A stretch of DNA of 35,730 nucleotides from the IMG/VR virus record IMGVR_UViG_3300025849_000003; one strand, 5' to 3'. The notes beneath the pieces were generated by a model, which worked only from the letters and a program-made list of their open reading frames with translations, did no database searches and was not told the origin of the DNA. Each line of letters starts with the position of its first letter. Within the stretch, counting starts at the first letter, position 1. The translations under genes and the position numbers were made by a program. The DNA is from a virus. This document shows positions 26,615-32,266 of this stretch, piece by piece.

Positions 26615-27137
26615 TACTGTAGCTGTCGGCCATGATAAAGACTCTTTTTCTTTGGTGCTGTGCGCCAACTTCACGCGCGCTGAATATTCCCCACGTTGCA
26701 TTGTAACCATCTTCTTCCAAGTCGCTAATGACTGTGGAGAGTCCAAGCGATATGTGACCTTCGACGTTTTCGAACATAACTCTATTAGGTCTAATTGCTT
26801 CCATGTGTTTTCTGATGACAGGCCACAAGTGTCTGGAATCGTCTTTTCCTTGTCTTTTACCTGCCTGTGAAAACGGCTGACATGGATATCCTCCAGTGAT
26901 GATGTCAACTTTGTTTCTAAAGATTTGTGCTGGGAAGGTTTTAAGATTCGTGTAAATAGGTGCAGCAGGAATGAGTCCTCTTTCCATCTTCTGCACCAAG
27001 TTTGTAATGGCGAAGGCTTCGATCTCCACATAAGCGATTGTTCTATGTTCAAACCCTGCAAGATCAAGTCCTCTTTCGATTCCACCATATCCGCTGCAAA
27101 AGCTGACGACAGTTGGTAATTTTTCGGTAGCACCCAC
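26610..27137 (-). CDS. C5 cytosine DNA methyltransferase, N-terminal catalytic half (motifs I-VIII)
   Basis: Motif I 'FCSGYGG', motif IV 'GGYPCQPFSQAGKRQG', motif VI 'FENVEG', motif VIII 'QHQRKRVFI'. GTG start at 27137. The frame ends at TGA 26612-26610, before motifs IX and X. Confidence 0.85.
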   Translation of the reverse strand: MGATEKLPTVVSFCSGYGGIERGLDLAGFEHRTIAYVEIEAFAITNLVQKMERGLIPAAPIYTNLKTFPAQIFRNKVDIITGGYPCQPFSQAGKRQGKDDSRHLWPVIRKHMEAIRPNRVMFENVEGHISLGLSTVISDLEEDGYNATWGIFSAREVGAQHQRKRVFIMADSYSI

Positions 27138-27138
27138 A

Positions 27139-27348
27139 TTAAAACTCCCCTCTACAAATCTTGTTTAGTTTGTGTAGTTGGTTAGGTGTTAATCTGCCTT
27201 TATGTAGCTTAATAATACATGACCACCGAGATTCCGGGATACCAAAGATGCGCCATTTTCTGACACTATCTTGTTTTATTTCTGTATTCTCTGAAATAGC
27301 TTTTGAGCCACCGCAATTTTTTATGATTGATTCAATTGTATGTTTCAT
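27139..27348 (-). CDS. Cro/YdaS-like small HTH regulator
   Basis: 69 aa with 'GGSKAISENTEIKQDSVRKWRIFGIPESRW'. It is the first gene of the leftward operon, after a divergent promoter region. Confidence 0.5.
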   Translation of the reverse strand: MKHTIESIIKNCGGSKAISENTEIKQDSVRKWRIFGIPESRWSCIIKLHKGRLTPNQLHKLNKICRGEF

Positions 27349-27371
27349 TATTTTTCTCCTTTAATGTCTAT

Positions 27372-27400
27372 ATCATAAGGAAATGTTTTCCTAATTGCAA
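27372..27400 (-). promoter_or_regulatory. Leftward early promoter (TTGCAA-N17-TATGAT)
   Basis: Read on the minus strand. The inverted repeat GGAAA-TGT-TTTCC (27379-27391) lies in the spacer. Confidence 0.4.
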
Positions 27401-27422
27401 GGATTAAGTTTTTGCTTATAAT
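27395..27422 (+). promoter_or_regulatory. Rightward early promoter (TTGCAA-N16-TATAAT)
   Basis: It uses the same palindromic TTGCAA hexamer (27395-27400) as the leftward promoter. Confidence 0.45.
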
Positions 27423-27466
27423 GAATGTAATAACAAAGGATTGAGAAATGAATTACGTTGGTAAAA

Positions 27467-28048
27467 ATGCCTAAAAGATTTTGGACACAAGATAAGATAT
27501 TACAAATAATAACATTATGGAAAGATGAAACACTTTCTGTAGATCAGATTGCAGCAGAGCTAGGCACTACTAAGTCCTCTGTTGATAAGTTTGCTCATCG
27601 CAACCGGGATACATTGCCAAAGCGCGGTCATCAAAAAAAACCAAAGCCTGTCAAGTTTAAATTAGTTCCTAAAGTATCTAATCAATATAAAAAATATACA
27701 GATATTAAAATAATACATAAATGCCGTAGACTTTTTGAGGCAGGATACAGCACCCCGGATATTTGTGAGTTGGCTGAAGTAAGTCAATCGACATTTTACA
27801 AAATGCGTAAATATGCACCTAAATATTTTATAAAAGTAAAAACGCCACAGCCAGAAAATATTATACCTGTGAAGTTTGCGCCTCCCGGAAAAGGTTATTA
27901 TTTAAAATCTAATGGTGGATATTTACATTTAAGCGGCAAGACCTTAACATTAAATAGCAAATATGCTTGGCGCGGTACAGAGTATCAATGCACTCTTTTA
28001 ATGAAAACATCACCATTTAAAAAGCTTATCGCTGTTAGAGAATATTAA
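27467..28048 (+). CDS. GcrA-like N-terminal HTH regulator with a second HTH-like segment
   Basis: 'FWTQDKILQIITLWKDETLSVDQIAAELGTTKSSVDKFAHRN' parallels the GcrA N-terminus. I prefer the ATG at 27467 to the TTG at 27458. Confidence 0.45.
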   Translation: MPKRFWTQDKILQIITLWKDETLSVDQIAAELGTTKSSVDKFAHRNRDTLPKRGHQKKPKPVKFKLVPKVSNQYKKYTDIKIIHKCRRLFEAGYSTPDICELAEVSQSTFYKMRKYAPKYFIKVKTPQPENIIPVKFAPPGKGYYLKSNGGYLHLSGKTLTLNSKYAWRGTEYQCTLLMKTSPFKKLIAVREY

Positions 28049-28578
28049 TGTGGTACTTATTAAAAGTTAAAACTGGCACAGAATTTAAAATTCATGATTT
28101 ATTAACTGATAATAATATTGAAGTTTACAGCCCTTATGAGAAAAAAGCTGTTAGGCGTAGTAAGCAACAGAAAAAATCTAGGGTTCGAGTTAATTATATT
28201 TTGCCTGTTTTACTAGGTTATCTACTTATTAATGTAGATGATTTTACAGAAATTTATGATCTAATAAGCAAATATAGAAATATTTATGGTCTGCTATACG
28301 ATGGCACGTCACCATATCGACTGCATGACAGCGTTATTAGTGAGCTAAAAGAAATATATCCTGTTGGTTATAAAACAGGTAAATTAAAAAATAGTATTGA
28401 GCAAATCAAACCGAGATATAAAAAAAATGATATATTAAAAATTGATAGTGGGCCTTTTACTGGGTTACAGATATCTGTATTGTCAGTCACTGACAGCAAT
28501 CTAATAGGTAATCTGCAAATATTAGGGGCGGCAAGAGCAGTCACAGTAGCTTTAGACGAAATTAGGCTAAACAAATGA
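28048..28578 (+). CDS. NusG/RfaH-like transcription elongation/antitermination factor
   Basis: NGN-domain landmarks 'WYLLKVKTG...' and 'LLGYLLINV', plus the KOW motif 'KKNDILKIDSGPFTGLQISVLSV'. Confidence 0.75.
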   Translation: MWYLLKVKTGTEFKIHDLLTDNNIEVYSPYEKKAVRRSKQQKKSRVRVNYILPVLLGYLLINVDDFTEIYDLISKYRNIYGLLYDGTSPYRLHDSVISELKEIYPVGYKTGKLKNSIEQIKPRYKKNDILKIDSGPFTGLQISVLSVTDSNLIGNLQILGAARAVTVALDEIRLNK

Positions 28579-28733
28579 AACAATATTATGATTATCTTGA
28601 TAGGCTCAGTAGATCAGTAACGCTAGATTACACTAAAAGCCCTGATTACTTAGCTGATAGGTTTGATATAAGCCGTAGTGATGCCTATAGTTATTACATT
28701 AAATGGTTTAATAGCAGAAAAGCAGGCAAATAA
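28575..28733 (+). CDS. Small hypothetical protein (52 aa, below the ORF-track cutoff)
   Basis: ATGA overlap with the NusG-like gene. It translates as MKQYYDYLDRLSRSVTLDYTKSPDYLADRFDISRSDAYSYYIKWFNSRKAGK. Confidence 0.45.
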   Translation: MKQYYDYLDRLSRSVTLDYTKSPDYLADRFDISRSDAYSYYIKWFNSRKAGK

Positions 28734-28758
28734 AAAAGCCCCGAAGGGCTTTCTTTTT
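28728..28758. terminator. Bidirectional rho-independent terminator
   Basis: AAAGCCC-CGAA-GGGCTTT (28735-28752) is flanked by A6 upstream and CTTTTT downstream. It sits between convergent genes. Confidence 0.7.
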
Positions 28759-28976
28759 CATATTGAATATGGTGTATGATAAACACTCGACATAGTATTG
28801 TGCTCCTCCCAGTCAGAGCGTTCTTCGGGTGGTTCATAAAAGCTATTATATAGCTCATAAAATTGGTCTAATGTCGCAATTTCAATCAATGCTTCTAAAA
28901 TATTTTGTGCATCATCGTTTAATTCAAGTATATCCAGTAAAATATCGTTTTTTTCTTTTTTTTCTACTTCTGTCAT
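28758..28976 (-). CDS. Small acidic protein (72 aa)
   Basis: ATG at 28976 preceded by AAAGGATAATAAA. About 18 D/E against 4 K/R. Confidence 0.5.
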   Translation of the reverse strand: MTEVEKKEKNDILLDILELNDDAQNILEALIEIATLDQFYELYNSFYEPPEERSDWEEHNTMSSVYHTPYSI

Positions 28977-28980
28977 TTTA

Positions 28981-29151
28981 TTATCCTTTATTTTCATTAA
29001 ATTCTGTTTCAATTTCTTCCGCGCAGATTCCGCATCTCCACCCTTCAATATCATCACCATAGTAGGGATAACGATTGACATACCTGCCTGTCCCGGGAGA
29101 GCAATTGTTGTCACAATCTACACATACTTCTTTACCAAATATATTATTCAT
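28981..29151 (-). CDS. Zinc-ribbon-like small protein (56 aa, not in the ORF track)
   Basis: Translates as MNNIFGKEVCVDCDNNCSPGTGRYVNRYPYYGDDIEGWRCGICAEEIETEFNENKG. It has CxxC...C and CxxC pairs, with AAAGGATAATAAA before the ATG. Confidence 0.5.
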   Translation of the reverse strand: MNNIFGKEVCVDCDNNCSPGTGRYVNRYPYYGDDIEGWRCGICAEEIETEFNENKG

Positions 29152-29164
29152 TTTATTATCCTTT

Positions 29165-29569
29165 TTATTTGCTTAAAAAAGCCCATGTTGAACGATAGCA
29201 ATATTTGTTGTCAAATATATCAGCCATCAACGCATTAGATTTGCGCCAGAGTTGATATAGTATTTCAAATTTTTCAGCGTGTTTTTTATGTACTTTAGAA
29301 ATACCAATACTAAGCATTGCTAGCGTTTCATCCCATATTTTTTGAACTTCAATATAGGCTTCGACCTTAAACATTTGCTCACGCTTAATTGTCAATACAG
29401 TTGATTGATTTGACATCCCAGACGCTGATAAATCACCATCAACAGCAAATAAATCATATGTTTTGTTTGCATATGGTTTTTTATATACGCATGAATAATT
29501 TTCAAGCACCTCTGTAATCTCATCTATTGCAGTGTTTAATGTTGTTTTTATTTCTACATTATTTAACAT
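29165..29569 (-). CDS. Hypothetical protein (134 aa)
   Basis: AAAGGATTATAAA SD region; first gene of a leftward mini-operon. Confidence 0.55.
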   Translation of the reverse strand: MLNNVEIKTTLNTAIDEITEVLENYSCVYKKPYANKTYDLFAVDGDLSASGMSNQSTVLTIKREQMFKVEAYIEVQKIWDETLAMLSIGISKVHKKHAEKFEILYQLWRKSNALMADIFDNKYCYRSTWAFLSK

Positions 29570-29746
29570 TTTATAATCCTTTCTTTAAAATGTGTTTTTA
29601 ATATACATAATAATAATATTAATGCAATAGTAACGTGAATTTAATTCCATATGTGCTGCATTCCAAGTGAAAATTTTATTGCAAAATGTGCAGTTTTATT
29701 GGGTTTTATGCTTGTATTATGTTGTCAATTAGCTATAGTAAGTTAT

Positions 29747-29770
29747 CATTTAGAAAGGATTAGAAAAATG
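29747..29770 (+). repeat. 24-nt translation-initiation cassette, copy 1 (CATTTAGAAAGGATTAGAAAAATG)
   Basis: 23/24 identical to 29997-30020. Confidence 0.85.
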
Positions 29771-30013
29771 AACTATGATATAAAAACTTTTGATAAAGAT
29801 ACTATTGTATATTTCGACAGAACAGAATTTAATTTGATAGGTTATGATTATTATATAAAAGATAATTTTTGCTATATACCCACAACACAAGTTGACAAAT
29901 TAAAAAAGAAATCTTCAGTAATAAACTCTTTTTTAATTAATAACAATAATAATGAAATTTGTTTCAGTGAATATGATTTTGATGAAACTTACAACCCATT
30001 TAAAAAGGATTAG
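29768..30013 (+). CDS. Hypothetical protein (81 aa)
   Basis: I prefer the internal ATG at 29768 with the AAAGGAT SD. The longer track ORF from 29651 has no SD. Confidence 0.5.
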   Translation: MNYDIKTFDKDTIVYFDRTEFNLIGYDYYIKDNFCYIPTTQVDKLKKKSSVINSFLINNNNNEICFSEYDFDETYNPFKKD

Positions 30014-30020
30014 AAAAATG
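29997..30020 (+). repeat. 24-nt translation-initiation cassette, copy 2 (CATTTAAAAAGGATTAGAAAAATG)
   Basis: 23/24 identical to 29747-29770. It overlaps the stop of the previous gene. Confidence 0.85.
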
Positions 30021-30224
30021 GAAAAACTACTAATAAACGAATTAAAAGAATATACTAAAAAGCATAATTTACCATACATTGACGCATTAGAATTAATAAG
30101 TGTTTTAAATAGTCATATTGATTGGTTAGACGATTACATTGCTAAGTGGGATAAAACGCACGATTTAGAATTTAATGAAGAACAACTTTTAACACTATTA
30201 AAAGAGCACAGAGGGAGATCTTAA
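30018..30224 (+). CDS. Hypothetical protein (68 aa)
   Basis: ATG at 30018 after the AAAGGAT SD. Confidence 0.5.
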   Translation: MEKLLINELKEYTKKHNLPYIDALELISVLNSHIDWLDDYIAKWDKTHDLEFNEEQLLTLLKEHRGRS

Positions 30225-30225
30225 A

Positions 30226-30378
30226 ATGCCAAATAAAAAAGGGCTATATGCCAATATTCATGCAAAGCGAAAACGTATTGCAAAGGGGTCTAATGAGCAA
30301 ATGAGAAAAGTAGGCACTAAAGGCGCGCCAACTGCTAAAGCTTTTAAAGCGGCTAAAAAAACGGCTAAAAAGAAATAA
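30226..30378 (+). CDS. Very basic small protein (50 aa, not in the ORF track)
   Basis: Translates as MPNKKGLYANIHAKRKRIAKGSNEQMRKVGTKGAPTAKAFKAAKKTAKKK. It starts 2 nt after the previous stop, with GGGAG upstream. Confidence 0.5.
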   Translation: MPNKKGLYANIHAKRKRIAKGSNEQMRKVGTKGAPTAKAFKAAKKTAKKK

Positions 30379-30447
30379 ATATCTTGTTAATAATGGCTAT
30401 TCTGCTATATTAATAATAGGCAATTAAGCCACATAAAGGATTAAGTT

Positions 30448-30678
30448 ATGACATACGAACATTTAAAAACAGAAATAATAGAACTTGGCGGAGGCTATCA
30501 AGCGCGCGTTGTATATTTAGGTGACAATATAGAAAATAAAAAGGTTGCCGTAATTGATAGGCACGACATATGCTTATATGATTCTATAGATGATTTTTGG
30601 TATGATTTCGATAAAACTTCGCCCTATTCACCAAAAGCCGAATTAAAGCGCCTTGATATTATGCCAGTCGAAAATTAA
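30448..30678 (+). CDS. Hypothetical protein (76 aa)
   Basis: AAAGGATTAAGTT before the ATG. Confidence 0.55.
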   Translation: MTYEHLKTEIIELGGGYQARVVYLGDNIENKKVAVIDRHDICLYDSIDDFWYDFDKTSPYSPKAELKRLDIMPVEN

Positions 30679-30710
30679 TATAATTAATAGATAAAATAAA
30701 GGATTAAAAA

Positions 30711-30875
30711 ATGATAGAAGATGCCAAAATTTGGGGTGTATGGGTAGGATTAGAGCAAGTAGGTTTCTGTTTAAATGAAAATGAAGCTGATGATTTAGCC
30801 ACTGAACTAGAAGATGATAAAACGACTGTAGACGATGTTACAGTTGAAATTGATTTGCATTTATTTAGAAGATAA
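30711..30875 (+). CDS. Small acidic protein (54 aa, not in the ORF track)
   Basis: AAAGGATTAAAAA before the ATG. Translates as MIEDAKIWGVWVGLEQVGFCLNENEADDLATELEDDKTTVDDVTVEIDLHLFRR. Confidence 0.5.
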   Translation: MIEDAKIWGVWVGLEQVGFCLNENEADDLATELEDDKTTVDDVTVEIDLHLFRR

Positions 30876-30905
30876 AAACAACTAAACAACAATAATAAAC
30901 TTATT

Positions 30906-30929
30906 AGGTCGCTCAGGTGGCCTTTTTTT
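30906..30929 (+). terminator. Rho-independent terminator ending the rightward mini-operon
   Basis: AGGTCGC-TCAG-GTGGCCT stem (two G-U pairs) followed by T7. Confidence 0.6.
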
Positions 30930-31208
30930 ATGTCTAAATAGTATATAGAAGATAGTACTTAGAATAGATAAGGGACTATTAATAATGTTTTTTAGATCTT
31001 TACTGATACATAAACCCAATAAAATCGCGCTTTCATTCTATTTTAGAGTGGTAAATGGTGGATATCAGGGGCTAAGAAATCAAAAATCCTCTGTAAACCT
31101 CTACAACAGCCCCCCTGGAGCAGGTATTTTTTGATAACCAATCATACCAAGCTATACACAAAACGCTCTCAGCGGCCATCCTACGAGACTTTTTATATTG
31201 ATATTTAT

Positions 31209-31226
31209 GGAACAAAACATGAACAT
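31209..31226 (-). repeat. Third, inverted copy of the 18-nt motif (ATGTTCATGTTTTGTTCC on the minus strand)
   Basis: 16/18 identical to the tandem copies at 32191 and 32217. Confidence 0.8.
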
Positions 31227-31248
31227 GGGGTAGCAGCCGATTTGGCAT

Positions 31249-31272
31249 AAAAAAACCCCGCTAAAAGCGAGG
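31249..31272 (-). terminator. Rho-independent terminator ending the leftward mini-operon
   Basis: Minus strand CCTCGC-TTTTA-GCGGGG followed by T7. Confidence 0.65.
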
Positions 31273-31300
31273 CCATAAGATAATAAGTTTTATTATATAT

Positions 31301-31408
31301 TTAAGTCAATACAATGAACCAAAGCGTGCAAATGGCTGTAAATGCGGCCATTGTGAAAAGATTGACAAGATCTAAAATGAACTCTTTTGATGTAAAATAT
31401 TTAAACAT
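31301..31408 (-). CDS. Micro-protein with one hydrophobic helix (35 aa, not in the ORF track)
   Basis: The ATG starts 2 nt after the upstream gene's TAA stop. Translates as MFKYFTSKEFILDLVNLFTMAAFTAICTLWFIVLT. Confidence 0.4.
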   Translation of the reverse strand: MFKYFTSKEFILDLVNLFTMAAFTAICTLWFIVLT

Positions 31409-31410
31409 TA

Positions 31411-31884
31411 TTAGCACCCTATCAATTCAATTTCGCAATCATGAATGCCCATTTCATCATTCTTGTATGATAAGGTAAAGTTATCACCCCACCAATAACC
31501 CTCAACTTGTCTGTCTTTTGTATTTATCCAGATGTTAGGGCCGCCAAATGCAACAAGAATCGCAAAACCTTCACACATATGGTCAGGGTTAATTTGTAGT
31601 AATTCTTTATAATCTGTTTCGGATAATCTATAATATTCATTATCCCATTTATAAAAATCATCTAAATCAAAATCATCTAAATCATTTTTATGTACTAAAT
31701 ATGTTGTTTCCAGCACGTCTTTTCTGTAATCAAAAGCTGATAAGATATCTCCCTCACTATAATCATAATCATAATAACCGTTATCAATGTCATCTTTTGT
31801 GATTGTAATGCCTTGCTCAATGTCATTAACTATTGACCGAACGTGGCTCTCAATGTCGCTTATTTTTTCTTTTGTGTTTGTCAT
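31411..31884 (-). CDS. Strongly acidic, Tyr/Asp-rich protein (157 aa)
   Basis: ATG at 31884 after AAAGGATTAAAGATT. About 36 D/E against 13 K/R by my count. Confidence 0.55.
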   Translation of the reverse strand: MTNTKEKISDIESHVRSIVNDIEQGITITKDDIDNGYYDYDYSEGDILSAFDYRKDVLETTYLVHKNDLDDFDLDDFYKWDNEYYRLSETDYKELLQINPDHMCEGFAILVAFGGPNIWINTKDRQVEGYWWGDNFTLSYKNDEMGIHDCEIELIGC

Positions 31885-31900
31885 AATCTTTAATCCTTTC

Positions 31901-32053
31901 TTAAAATTCATAATCTAATATAGTACAGACATTCTCGTGACATATAAAAGAGCTAGGCTCTTGCAATGCTTTTAATATGTTTTCATTTTCTAATGCTATA
32001 TTTGGGCAAATGTAACGCTCGTTACATTCAATAATAAATTGTTGCTTTGTCAT
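31901..32053 (-). CDS. Small Cys-containing protein (50 aa, not in the ORF track)
   Basis: AAAGGATTAAGATT before the ATG. Translates as MTKQQFIIECNERYICPNIALENENILKALQEPSSFICHENVCTILDYEF. Confidence 0.45.
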   Translation of the reverse strand: MTKQQFIIECNERYICPNIALENENILKALQEPSSFICHENVCTILDYEF

Positions 32054-32129
32054 AATCTTAATCCTTTTGTTTATGATGGAATTATTCTACCAGATTAAAA
32101 GTAAATATCAAGTTAATTTATACCCCCCC

Positions 32130-32142
32130 CTTATATATATTT
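32130..32142 (+). repeat. 13-nt repeat CTTATATATATTT preceded by a C8 run, copy 1
   Basis: Exact copy at 32254-32266. The C-tract is at 32123-32130. Confidence 0.85.
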
Positions 32143-32190
32143 GTGAATTATTTGACTGTTGCAAACGCGCAACAACTCAGACAAAGCAGG

Positions 32191-32234
32191 ATGTTCACCT
32201 TTTGTTCCCGGAGGGTATGTTCACCTTTTGTTCC
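32191..32234 (+). repeat. Tandem 18-nt direct repeat ATGTTCACCTTTTGTTCC (x2, 26-bp period)
   Basis: Exact copies at 32191-32208 and 32217-32234. Confidence 0.9.
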
Positions 32235-32253
32235 TAGCACCCCACCCCACCAT

Positions 32254-32266
32254 CTTATATATATTT
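32254..32266 (+). repeat. 13-nt repeat CTTATATATATTT preceded by a C-rich tract, copy 2
   Basis: Exact copy of 32130-32142. It is preceded by CACCCCACCCCACCAT. Confidence 0.85.

Noticed and set aside
26640-27139. N-terminal 170 codons of the 337-aa ORF as a bona fide independent protein domain (true overprinting of the methyltransferase catalytic half).
   Set aside because: This is not fully rejected. Its apparent resemblance to methylase-associated 'TWK...WPT' regions is weak and could be pattern-matching on my part. The off-frame can remain open by chance, given how few NTA/NTG codons in the catalytic frame are followed by A or G. I have kept it as one alternative inside the methyltransferase finding.
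30704-30892. 62-aa minus-strand ORF.
   Set aside because: The opposite strand carries a 54-aa ORF with the canonical AAAGGATTAAAAA-ATG initiation cassette, in line with the surrounding + strand operon and its terminator.
30930-31248. attP or tRNA-derived integration site, or a tRNA gene, in the orphan intergenic region.
   Set aside because: I found no T-arm (GTTCRANYC) or cloverleaf-compatible sequence, and the genome encodes no integrase. It remains listed as a finding for other reasons.
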